This document shows, in pieces, positions 53,622 through 64,000 of a DNA stretch of 64,000 nucleotides. The stretch is from contig NW_008805068.1 of the NCBI RefSeq assembly GCF_000004825.1, positions 1,925,471 to 1,989,470 of the forward strand, in the 5' to 3' direction. The notes below the pieces were generated by a model. That model saw only the letters and a list, made by a program, of their open reading frames with translations, was not told where the DNA came from and did no database searches. Within the stretch, counting starts at the first letter, position 1, and each line of letters begins with the position of its first letter. This DNA comes from Heterostelium pallidum (Eukaryota). Made by a program: the position numbers and the translations under genes.

Positions 53622-55101
53622 CTTTTCTTATAATCCTTAATGAATACAATAATACAAACAAATAGTAAATAAAAAATAATCAAACTAGTTGTTTTTTTTT
53701 TTAAAACGAAAGGTCGTGTCCTTCCAAATCTTTTGATAACTTTTTTATTTTATTTTGGTGGTTTGATATTTGGTTGATGGCGAACACTCAACTCAAGTCT
53801 AGGTGGTTTTTTTTTCAATGATTCTTCTCATTTAAAAATTTAGTTAACTTTAAAATGTCAATTAAGATTATATTAAACTAGGTTCTTTATTTACTCTTTT
53901 TTATTTGTTTTGTTTTTAAATATCTAAAATATCTTTATAACATAGTTATAAATATCAAATTCGAGTTTACAAAAAAAAAAAAAAAAAAAATTAAATAATG
54001 AGCGATTATCATCATTGTCATCAACATGGATGATGACACTTACAATCATTGTTTTTTTTTTCATCATCACAAGTGAGTGGACTTGTTTGACACCAAAGTA
54101 CAAATCAGTCAAAACAACAAGAGGAATTGAAGTGTAGAAATAATCCGTTCGTTTTTGAAAGAATCTCTATAGAAACACCCTCTAAATTTTACGATCAATC
54201 GAATTTATTGGGTAGAGAATCAGCTGATTTTGTTTTGTTTTTTTTTTTTGGTTCTTGATTATTTACTTAATCGATAAAGGAGGTGAAAGTGTGTGTGGGG
54301 TAAATGAAATTGCTGAAAAATTCGTTTCATTGTTTTTGGTTAAATACCTGATTGATTTGATTTTAAATGAGTTGCATGCACATGTGAGTTGTGCAACAAC
54401 ACCTGACTCTACTCTAAAAGAACAACAACAAGAGTGTTGTTTGTTTTTATTATTTTCTTCTCACTTGACTTTTATCCCAAATTGAATAAAATTTGTTTAT
54501 AGATGAATAAGCAACAACCATAAAAAGAACAACCATAATCGCATCAATCAACCTAATCATTCCTTTAACAAACAAAAACACACACACACATATATATATA
54601 TATAAAAATACAAACAAACAGATTATAATAATAAGATCTGATTTTACATATTGTCTTTTTTTTTTTTATTTTAATAGTTGTGTTTAAACAAACATTTACT
54701 TTTAAGTTCAAGTTCAGTTCATCACTACTTTACTCGCAATAATATTTATAATCACTCAAAATATATATATTGATTTAGTATAAATATATATTTATACACT
54801 ATTTGTTATCTATTTATTTTGTTTAATAATTGTATGTCTCACCATCTTACATTCGTTTATTCATTGGATAGTCGTTTTTTATTAAAGGAAGTTGAAGATA
54901 CCTAACATTTATTTATATTTACTATAGTATTTATTACAATAGTTCTATTCTATTATATTATATTGTATACGATTCTTATATTATCTTTTTCATTCTTCAT
55001 TCTTCATTCTTCTTTTAATTATTATTTCTAATTCTCTCTTTTTTTTTTATTTATTTTTTCTTATAATATAAAAATTAATATAACAATATAACAAAACTAA
55101 T

Positions 55102-55818
55102 ATGATGATGAACAAGATTAAAGCTGCATTGTGTTTCACGGGTGGAAAAGATTGTACACTGGCGTTACACCGTGTCAGCACCAAGTATAATGTGGCGATG
55201 CTCGTGACGTTTGCGCCACGCTCAGCACAGCCGTTCCGTGCACATCCGCTGCATCTCATACAGCTGCAAGCCGAAGCACTCGATATTCCGCATCGTGTAC
55301 TTCTTGTCGACGGTCCCGACTATCTGGGCAGCTACCGCAAGCTGATCCGACAGCTTCGCGAGGAGTGCGGCATCGAAGCGCTCGTCACCGGTGACATCCT
55401 CGACGTTTGCAACAACTTTATGGGTCGCGCCGTCGAGACGACCGGAGTGGAACTGGTGCGACCACTCTTCCAGCAGCCACGCCAAGAGATTCTCGACGAC
55501 TGCTGGAGTCTGGGATTCGATATTCTCATAACATGCGTCAACAACTCCAAGTTTGACACTGGATTCGACGCGTCACGACTCATGGTCGGACACCGACTGA
55601 CCAACGAACTACTGAATCAGGTGCGCGACTACAACACCAAACAAAAATCGATTGGCGAAGTCGATTTGGCCGGTGAATTTGGTGAATTCCACACAATGAT
55701 CATCGACTCACCACTCTTTAGACAGAAAATATCTTACGAAGCTGAACCCGTTGTAGACGGCGACTTTACATATTTAAATTTTAAAAGTACAATGTTATTA
55801 GATAAATACGATTGTTAA
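55102..55818 (+). CDS. Stand-alone PP-loop ATPase domain protein (ATP_bind_4 / MJ0570-like, i.e. the N-terminal domain of diphthine-ammonia ligase Dph6). Intronless and GC-rich.
   Basis: KAALCFTGGKDCTLALHRV (SGGKDS-type PP-loop) and the HLIQLQAEALDIPH..GDILDV pattern. The 238-aa ORF covers only the ATPase domain, without the YjgF/RidA modules of canonical eukaryotic Dph6. GC is about 55-58% by eye, against under 20% in the flanking intergenic DNA. Confidence 0.7.
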   Translation: MMMNKIKAALCFTGGKDCTLALHRVSTKYNVAMLVTFAPRSAQPFRAHPLHLIQLQAEALDIPHRVLLVDGPDYLGSYRKLIRQLREECGIEALVTGDILDVCNNFMGRAVETTGVELVRPLFQQPRQEILDDCWSLGFDILITCVNNSKFDTGFDASRLMVGHRLTNELLNQVRDYNTKQKSIGEVDLAGEFGEFHTMIIDSPLFRQKISYEAEPVVDGDFTYLNFKSTMLLDKYDC

Positions 55819-56165
55819 AAAAAATAAAAATAAAATAAAATTAAATAAATATAATATAATATAAAATATTTTATTTTATTTTTAAAGATTTAAATAAAAT
55901 AAAAAATAATATAATAAAACGAAAAAAGATATAAAAATGAAAAAATAATATCTATAAAAATATATTTTTAAATAATTTAATTTGTCAAATTAATTTGCAT
56001 TCTGACCATCCAATTATAGTAAATAAATTGATTGCGTTTAATTCCAGAACTGAAATTTATGCACTGGAATGAGCACGCTATGAACATTTTTTTTTACAAT
56101 TTTGGAAATTTAATTAATTTTTTTTGTTTTTTTGATGTGGAACATTCTAAACCATCATTATAAAA

Positions 56166-57350
56166 ATGAATAAAATTTGTACCCAGAGATTTATCAACAG
56201 TTTAATAATAAATAATAAAAATAGTTATCTAATAAATTCTATAACTAGAAATCAAAACAATTTAAATTGTTTAAATAATATTAGTTTCAATCATAAGAAA
56301 TACTTTTCGACAACAGCAACAGTAAACAAAATGGCAACCACAGATAGCAAATTCATTACTATTCCAGCGACACACATTCAATTCCGTCGTCCAGAGTCTG
56401 CCTTTAGAAACACCATTTCAAAGGACGGTCCTTTCACCCCAGAGGCAGGTAGATACCACTTGTATATCTCATCGGCATGTCCATGGTCCGATAGAACCGC
56501 ATTGGTTAGAAAGTTAAAGGGTTTGGAAGATGTCATTGGACTCTCCGTCACCGATTGGTTCCTTGGTAGTGAAGGTTGGCATTTCTCAGAGCGTCAGGAC
56601 TGCATTCCAGACAACATCAACCACTTCACCCACGTGAAACAACTCTACCTTGCAACCGACCCACAATACGCTGGTCGTATTACCGTTCCAGTTCTCTGGG
56701 ACAAGAAAACCTCGCAGGTCGTCAACAACGAATCTTCAGAGATCATTCGTATGTTCAACAGCCAATTCCAAGACGTCTGCAAGAATCCACAATTGGATCT
56801 CTGTCCAAGTGATCTCGTCAAGGAAATTGACGAACTCAACAGCTATGTCTATGATAACGTCAACAACGGTGTCTACAAATGTGGATTTGCACCATCCCAA
56901 GAAGCCTGTAAGTAAAATACATATATCTACATTAATTAATTGTTTAAATTTTTATTAATTAATTTTCCATATTTTATAGATGATATGAACTTTAAGAATT
57001 TATTCGAAGCATTGGACAAACTTGAAGAAAGACTATCAAAGTCTAGATATCTTGTTGGTAATAGATTTTCAGAGGCAGATATCCGTTTGTTTGTTACATT
57101 GATTAGATTCGATCCAGTGTACTTTGGACACTTCAAGTGTAACAAACGTCAAATCAAAGACTACCCAGCATTGTGTGGATATGTCTGTGATATCTATCAG
57201 ATGCCACCAGTAAAATCAACCGTTAACATCTTCCATATCAAACACCACTACTACGAGTCTCACAGACAAATCAACCCAACCGGTATCGTACCAGACGGAC
57301 CACTTTTGGATTACTTAGAGCAACCACACACTGAACGTGCCAAACTCTAA
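56166..57350 (+). CDS. Xi-class glutathione transferase / glutathionyl-hydroquinone reductase (ECM4/YqjG-like) with an N-terminal presequence-like extension. Exons 56166-56907 and 56980-57350.
   Basis: Catalytic CPWS ([32 protein letters not shown]), then ITVPVLWDK, then [45 protein letters not shown]. The N-terminal 55 aa are N/K/S-rich, possibly a mitochondrial targeting presequence. Intron 56908-56979. Confidence 0.8.
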
Positions 57351-58957
57351 AAAACTAATCATCAATCATTAATCATTAATCAATTGAGAAGTTAAAACTC
57401 AAGATATGATAATTAAATTCTAATTAATTAATCTAATCTAAAATATTTAAATTTTTTTTTTTGTGTTTTTTTTTTAGCAAAAGTTTTTTTTTTTTTTATT
57501 TTGTTTTTTTTTTTGGGATGAAACCACAAGATTTGAGATTTTGGGTGGTCCTCACCCCATTTATTTTTTTTAGATTAATCTATTTTTTCTATTTTTTTTT
57601 TTTTTCACTCTATCCACTAAAACACACTAAAACGATCAAAATCTAATCACATATATTATAACCCAATTTTGTAACATACTTTATTGTAATAACACAAAAT
57701 TCAACTTAACTGTTTAGTTCAAAATTTAAATATTTAAATCGGATTGTATTAAAAGTAGTTAGTAGCAATCAATCAATCTTAATTAAATCATTTGTCAGTA
57801 AGTACCAACAATCAAATTTGTTAAAAAATGACACAAAATAGAGTAATATCAAATAAATAAATAAACTTATTGAAGTTTATAGCAATTCAATAATACTATA
57901 TAATATGTATACATATTTTTAATTAATTAATAAATTTAGAATAAATGTAAATAGTATGGTAATTTTATATTTAGATTGTACAATTTTTATTTTTTTATTT
58001 TTTTGTATCTGAAAATAATTATATATATTTCCCAATAACAAATACCAATCAAATGTAGAATTAAGATAGATCAATTAAAAATCAGTTCATCAATTATAAT
58101 TTAAATATTATATTATATTATTATTAGATGATTTCGAAAATAAAGTCAAGTTTGATCACACTCTATCGCTCTCACCTCCCACACACACCATCTTGAATAA
58201 TAGTGAAATTGGTTATTAAATTAATGAATTTGATATTTATTGTTGATCTAATAGGTAATAGTAGAATAAGTAACTAACTAACTGCATTTTACCAATCTTT
58301 TAGCATAGTAGTGCATTCATATATAATAGCATTGTATTTTTATCGATCAACACCAGAATTTAGTAAAATCAAATCAAACAGAGTAAAACAAACATCAAAA
58401 TAGATAGAGAATAGTGGAAATAACAACACATCTTATCTTCATCATCTTTAACATCATCTTCGATATCAATTTCAAATTCCCCCACCCAAACAGAAAAGTA
58501 ATCAAAGATATTCTTACAAACATCCTTATTATCTAGCCACCCAACAACATTTATCATCAACACCAAAATCAACAATTCCAACATCATCATTAATCAACCA
58601 CCAACCTTAATCATCAACAGAAAATAGTATATATATAACAATCAAAACAAACACAATATTTTTTTATATAACATATACAAAAAAAGACAAGTAAGAAAGT
58701 GTGTTATTAGTGTATTTGTGTGTGTAAGTGAAATAGTGTGTGTTAGATTTACTTTACTGAAAACAGTGTGAGGGTGCGTGTTTGTTATTGATCAATAACA
58801 AAAGTGAGAGAATTAATAACAATAGTAGGAGTAGTAGTAGGTGAATAATAATTTTAGTTGATTGGAAAATAGTGGCAGCAAAGAGAATTATTGATTTGGT
58901 AATATAAATAAATTTGGTTGGTGTTATCAATATCAATAAAATAATAATAATAAAAAT

Positions 58958-59893
58958 ATGGCGTTAAGAAAGAAAAGACTACTTCCACATCAAAGAAGGA
59001 AGAAACAAAACATTAGAGACAATCACCAATCCTTGATTGAAAATCAACAACTACAAGCTAAAATGAGACTAAAGAAGAAACAACAACAAAAGATACAACA
59101 ACAACAACAGCAAAAGGAAGACGATGAAATAGGAATGTTTGGTGTAGAATTAAGTAAGCTAATGGAGTTACAAGGAGAGGATTCTGGCGATGTTCCAATG
59201 TTGTTGACTGTGGTGTTGGACAAGATCGTCGAGTTGGAAGGATTGGAAACAGAGGGAATCTTTAGAATCAATGGGAATATGCGTGAGGTGGACGCGATTG
59301 CATCGGAGGGATTCGATCCGGACGATGAGGACAGCCAGCGTTACAGTGTCCACACATGGGCATCGCTGCTGAAGAAGTGGATACGCGAACTACCGACACC
59401 TCTCATTCCCCGACAGCTCTACAAGCGATTCACAGAGTGCGAGTCGCCACTCGAGATGAAGCTGCTACTCGACGAGGTGGAGTGTCCGACGACGCTGGCG
59501 GTGATCGATACACTCGGAATGTTCTTTGGTCGCTTGCTGCAGCCGGACAGTGTCGCCAAGACCAAGATGGACATTGACAACATCGCCAAAGTCTTGACAC
59601 CAACACTGTTCCCACTGGCCACCGGCAACAACTCAAAACTCGATTTACTCAGTGTAATGAATCAACAAAAGAATGAAACCAACGCGATCACACTGCTATT
59701 AATGTACTATAAAGAAAAACAATCAGAAGAACAACAACTTCAACAACAACAACAACAACAGCACCAACAAGAACTAGAAAGTCAACTACACATCCCAGTA
59801 TCAAGTATTCAACTTGATCAACAATCAAACAAACAAGATGATTTATTTGTAAATAATTATGAACAAACTACAACTGCAATAGATTCTATTTAA
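58958..59893 (+). CDS. RhoGAP domain protein (311 aa) with basic/Q-rich N-terminus and Q-rich C-terminus.
   Basis: Arginine-finger block LETEGIFRINGN and LLKKWIRELPTPLIP. Single exon. Confidence 0.75.
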   Translation: MALRKKRLLPHQRRKKQNIRDNHQSLIENQQLQAKMRLKKKQQQKIQQQQQQKEDDEIGMFGVELSKLMELQGEDSGDVPMLLTVVLDKIVELEGLETEGIFRINGNMREVDAIASEGFDPDDEDSQRYSVHTWASLLKKWIRELPTPLIPRQLYKRFTECESPLEMKLLLDEVECPTTLAVIDTLGMFFGRLLQPDSVAKTKMDIDNIAKVLTPTLFPLATGNNSKLDLLSVMNQQKNETNAITLLLMYYKEKQSEEQQLQQQQQQQHQQELESQLHIPVSSIQLDQQSNKQDDLFVNNYEQTTTAIDSI

Positions 59894-59918
59894 ATTGATA
59901 TATATAAAATCAATATCC

Positions 59919-59920
<2 letters not shown>

Positions 59921-59951
<31 letters not shown>
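59921..59951. repeat. (AAT)n microsatellite in the RhoGAP 3' flank.
   Basis: Direct reading. Confidence 0.9.
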
Positions 59952-59953
<2 letters not shown>

Positions 59954-60047
59954 GCATATTTTACATAATATATTATTTTATATTTACAAATTACTTTACT
60001 TTTATTTATTTGTTGTTATTGTTTGTTTTATCTTATTACCATTATTA

Positions 60048-61537
60048 TTAATATCTAGCAGGTAAATCTGAAGTTGAAATGATTGTCGGTACTCTTCTCT
60101 TTGATCTACTGCTACTTCCTTTCTTTTGTTCTTCTGTAATGTTTGTGTTGGCGTTTGTTGATTGTGTAGTTGAGGTTGTACTTGAAGATAGACTAAGATT
60201 GTTGTTATTGTTGTTGTTATGGATATTGCTCCTCTCTTTAAGAATTTGATATGCTTCTGCTGTTGCGTATGGTTGTTTCGATATGGGATCGATATATTTA
60301 GCTGGTTGACCGGTGATGACACACGTTTGCTTAGGTGATTGGCGACAATCATGACGCGACGGTATCGACGAATGTTTCAAACACTCGGGGAAGTTCGAGT
60401 CATCGGTGAATGTAACCGTTGAAACTATCTTGTTCTTCATCTGGTTGATTTTGCCACTGTTCTTATTCCGGTTGGTATTGACTACGCTGCTCTTGTAGAT
60501 GACTCTCGGTCCTGTGTAAGCCTGCTTCTTTATCTGATGACTCTTCTTCTTCTCCTCTTCACGCTGCATCATGGTGTTCAGTGATTCAATATTGATTTGC
60601 TCCGTTAGCTTCGCTTCCTCCAACAGCTCCTCCTGGGTCAGTTCGTCGTTCTTCTTTCCGGCGAGTGAAGCGGCACGATGTTTCTTGGCAGCGGCCGACC
60701 GTATTGCTTTCTGTTTATTCGCCTCTTGTAGCTGCTCATTACTCTTCTCGAGGAATGCAATAACCGATGTTCTCATCACCTTCTTTACTGGTATGGAGGA
60801 ACCTGTTGTTGTAGTTGTAGTTGTAGTAGTTGTTGTTGAATCTATATCTTCATTGTTGCCAACATTTGTTGTTGCTCTATTCTTTCTCTTCCTACTCAGT
60901 GGTGTAGATGCTTGTTTCTTCTCATTTCTTCCTTGTTCGCTTGCTCTTTCAATTGTCTTTAAGAAACTAGCTTGTTTATCTTCATCTTCTTCGTCTTCTC
61001 CTTGCTCTTCATCATCTTCCTCAACCTCATCTTCTTCATCTTCATCACCATCTTCATCAGCTTGTTTCTGTTTCTTTTTCTTTGTAATTGATTTCACTGC
61101 TTTTGAAGTTGCTCCACCTTTCTTCTTCTTTGAAGGATCAACATATCCTTTTGTTCCTTTCTATATTAAACAACAACAACAGCAACAACAACAATATTAA
61201 TATATATTTTTATTATATTAACACTATTCATTATATTTCATTAATAATAACATACTTTTGGTTGTTTTTTCTCTCTTCTCTTATCGATTTCAATATCATC
61301 TTCATTCTCTGATGATAATTCATCTTCCAATTCATCTGAACTGATATCATCGTCATCTTCAACAGCATCTTCACCTTCCTTTGGTTCCTCTTCTTCATAA
61401 TCAGGATCATCTTGTTCATCTTCATCTTGTGCCGCCAACAAAGGTGCCCAAAACTCTGCATCCGCTTTGATCTCTTCCTCCGTCAGAGGTGTAATTCTTT
61501 TTCCTCTAGTTGATCTCGCTGGTTTATTTAATGACAT
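60048..61537 (-). CDS. vps72: YL1/VPS72 family nuclear protein (SWR1/SRCAP complex subunit). Exons 61537-61256 and 61160-60048.
   Basis: N-terminus MSLNKPARSTRGKRITPL..ADAEFWAPLLA followed by an acidic tract. C-terminal YL1_C motif CVITGQPAKYIDPISKQPYATAEAYQILKE. The first ATG is at 61537, 9 nt inside the ORF-track start (which is TTG). Intron 61161-61255. Confidence 0.75.
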
Positions 61538-61923
61538 ATCTAACAAACTATCTTTATCTAATATATATATATAATCTTCTATAGTTTAGATATATAACTA
61601 TATAAAAAGATATATGCTTGCAAGGTGTTCACACTTTAACAAATCTTTTAATTTTTTTAATTGAATTCATTTCATAAATCTTTTTTTTTTTTTTTTTTTT
61701 TTAAGAAGACTTTAACTAAATTAATCATTTCAAGTTTTATTATCAATCAAGCAATCAATCAATCAAAAGTGTTTTGTATTTATTGATCGATTGAATCAAT
61801 TTGTGTGTGTTACTGTCATTTTTCAGTATTCATTCATTTCATTTACAGCCATTTAGATATTTCTTTTTATATATATATTTTATATTTTTGTATACTTTGA
61901 AAAGTTATTCATTTTGTGTGTGC

Positions 61924-63941
61924 ATGGATTTAGGATTGATTCCACTAGAGGGTCTTGATGACCAAGAGTTACAGATAGTTGCAATCAATAGGATTGCTGC
62001 TCACTTTTCAAATGTAGACAGTCTTGCAACCGTTAGTAATCATAAACAATCATTAATACAACAGAAAAAGACAATAGAAGCTCAAATCAAAAATGAAGTA
62101 AATGTATGTTTATCGATGATGATAAGTAACAATATGTTGATAAGTTGGGAATACTAATAATAGTAATTAATTAATAGGGAGAATTAGATAAATCAAAGAA
62201 AGGTTTGGAAACATTACATAGATCATTCGGTAGAATCGAAAAGATGAGTACTAGCTTTGGATCGACTGTTCAGTTGTGCAAGGAGACTTCAAGTTTGATC
62301 GGGTACTACCCATTGATCAAAAAAGTGAATACCGTGCGTAGCAATCTTATGGCTATCTTGAAGGAGGTAGATCGACTACTGACAATCCCAGAGAAAGCAG
62401 CAGAGATTGAATCGCTGATGGAGAACGACATCAACATTCTCGTGGTACACAAGAAGATCCGTGAGTTGGAGCGACTCCACAAGAACGCTCTGAAGCAATT
62501 CGAGTCGAACTACGAAGAGTTGGAAGCGATCCGTGAGATGTTCTCGTCGGTGCCACTGCTAAGCGATCGTTTCGAATCGAAAATATGGAATATCGTTTCC
62601 AACTCGATCAAGATTGCACAGCAGGCACCGGCAGTGCTCGTCAAAGTCGCACAGATCATCGAGCGTGAGAAACTCTACGAAGAGCAGCTACTGGAGAAGT
62701 TGAAGCAGACTGCTCTGCTCGCGAGCGAGGGAATCGAAGACGACCACCAGAACAACGGTGGCTATGGTGATACGTTTATCAAGGTGCTGCACGAGTCGAT
62801 TGCATCGAGATTCGAACCGCTCTTTCTCACCTGTCACAAAGACCTTGTCGCAACACTCAAAGAGGTCAACGCGATGGTCGACGAGCTCAACGTCATCATG
62901 GATCAAGTATCGGAATGCTACCCGCCAAGCTACGACATGTTCAACTTCTTTGTCAAGCAATATCACAGTAAGTTCTACTCACTATTCGAGTCATTCTCCA
63001 ACCTCATTGAGATCGGTGTGAAAACAAGCAGTCAAGAACCTGCACATATTCTAATGTTAAGTAAGTATTATTGATTACTTTTATATAGATATTTATAATA
63101 CTAATCAATCATATTATTGCAACTAGTTGAATGGGTAATGAAAGAATATCCAATACAATTGGGTAGACTTGGTATACAAGATATGTCACCACCATTGTTA
63201 GATGCACTGGATCCTATTATCAATATCTATAAGATACATATACAAGGTTTGATGAAAGACTGGTGTGACAATATCATTACAAACGACAATCAAACTCGTC
63301 CGGATGTAGTTGAAGGTCAATACTCTACATTCGCACCAGTACATCTCTTTGAAAGTGTAAATACACAGCTAGATGTTGCACATGCAACTAAATGTCAAAA
63401 AGTATGTTTATTATTTACTTGTTACATTTATTAATAATTTACTTACTAACTTACACTTATCTTTTATCGTATCTCTTGTTATTAGTTGGTTGTAGGTGTA
63501 ATGGAAGAGGTAATCAATGCATTGCTATACTTCCAGACCAACTATGTAAAGTTACTACAGGAACGTAATCACGAGATAAAGTTTGAGAATGTAATTGCAA
63601 GTGTTAATAATAATTCGAGATCCTATGATTTCACACAGTCTCTTCAGGATAAGGTGTCGAACATCTTGGATACAGAGTATATGTCTAGTCTCGACTTTGA
63701 TCCGGTACTCGATGGTTTCTTGGGTGTTGCAAGAGTCGGTACAATGTCGTTGGCCAGCGTCATCTTTAGAGATCTCGAAGACACCATCAAGAAGTTCTAC
63801 ACACCTCTTTGGTACACCGAAGATTTGATGCAACCCATTATCAATACACTCGAAGATTACTTTACAAACGATATTCAACGTTATATTCTAGAGAATTACA
63901 TGAAGAGATTATCTTTATTATGTTTAGATACTTTAATTGAA
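61924..63941 (+). CDS. exoc3: Exocyst complex component Sec6/EXOC3, 5' portion (about 615 aa; continues beyond the window end). Exons 61924-62097, 62178-63060, 63127-63401 and 63486-63941+.
   Basis: [37 protein letters not shown] matches human EXOC3 [37 protein letters not shown]. The N-terminal coiled coil and downstream blocks are colinear. The last in-window codons end at a GTATGT donor at 63942, so the in-frame TAG there is probably intronic. Confidence 0.7.
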
Positions 63942-64000
63942 TAGTATGTATAATAATAATAATATCAAAAAAAAACAACAGACAACCAAACAAACAAATA

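Noticed and set aside
55102-55818. GC-rich PP-loop gene as assembly contamination.
   Set aside because: It is contiguous with typical AT-rich flanks on both sides, and other genes here also have GC-rich cores. I kept it only as an HGT candidate.
60002-60352. Minus-strand ORF 60002..60352.
   Set aside because: It overlaps the YL1/VPS72 exon in another frame and extends into the AT-rich 3' flank. It has no support.
63942-63944. TAG at 63942-63944 as the true Sec6 stop.
   Set aside because: Sec6/EXOC3 proteins have about 150-200 more residues after this point, and a GTATGT donor overlaps the TAG. The gene most likely continues past the window.
1-64000. tRNA, rRNA and CRISPR features.
   Set aside because: I scanned the intergenic regions for tRNA-like T-arm/acceptor signatures and found nothing convincing. 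CRISPR is not applicable to this eukaryotic sequence. There is no rDNA-like high-GC structured block.

Overview
This 64 kb window is eukaryotic nuclear DNA. It has very AT-rich intergenic and intronic sequence, short GT..AG introns of about 70-160 nt, and poly-Q/N tracts from CAA/AAT runs, which is typical of a dictyostelid social amoeba (organism inferred, not proven). I found about 25 protein-coding genes on both strands. Most are ordinary eukaryotic housekeeping genes that I identified by reading the translations and tracing introns by hand:

- Myb-repeat protein (3' part)
- Nup155 nucleoporin (13 exons)
- microbial-type class I terpene synthase
- PIG-A GPI-GlcNAc transferase
- small EF-hand protein
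- RBM25-like RRM/PWI splicing factor
- novel protein made of 120-bp tandem repeats that look TPR-like
- large RasGEF with N-terminal ubiquitin-like/RA-like modules
- PQ-loop transporter
- uracil-DNA glycosylase with long low-complexity extensions
- TRAF-like RING/zinc-finger/MATH protein
- large secreted type I membrane protein with FN3/Ig-like repeats and an EGF module
- small bacterial-type protein (DUF4286-like)
- GH29 alpha-L-fucosidase
- divergent beta-adaptin
- Cys/His-rich zinc-ribbon-like protein of unknown function
- P4-type phospholipid-flippase ATPase
- EEF1AKMT4/ECE2-type methyltransferase
- intronless GC-rich stand-alone PP-loop ATPase (Dph6 N-domain/MJ0570-like)
- Xi-class GST / glutathionyl-hydroquinone reductase
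- RhoGAP
- YL1/VPS72
- exocyst Sec6/EXOC3, which runs off the 3' end of the window

I see no convincing multi-gene novel 'system'. The observations most worth a second look:

- Degenerate, internally deleted partial copies of the beta-adaptin and P4-ATPase genes, each lying right next to its parent gene.
- A degraded Harbinger/PIF-type DDE transposase remnant.
- A 14-copy, 120-bp-period tandem-repeat gene.
- A terpene synthase with an apparent frameshift at a T4 run (or an atypical GC-rich intron).
- A composite inverted/direct repeat that looks like a small foldback element (MITE) just upstream of the membrane-protein gene.
- The stand-alone PP-loop ATPase and the DUF4286-like gene, which are candidate bacterial-type (possibly horizontally acquired) genes.
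- A striking within-gene mosaic of GC-rich conserved cores and AT-rich low-complexity extensions.

All exon coordinates were derived by hand, so boundaries are approximate to within a few nucleotides and some splice sites remain alternatives.
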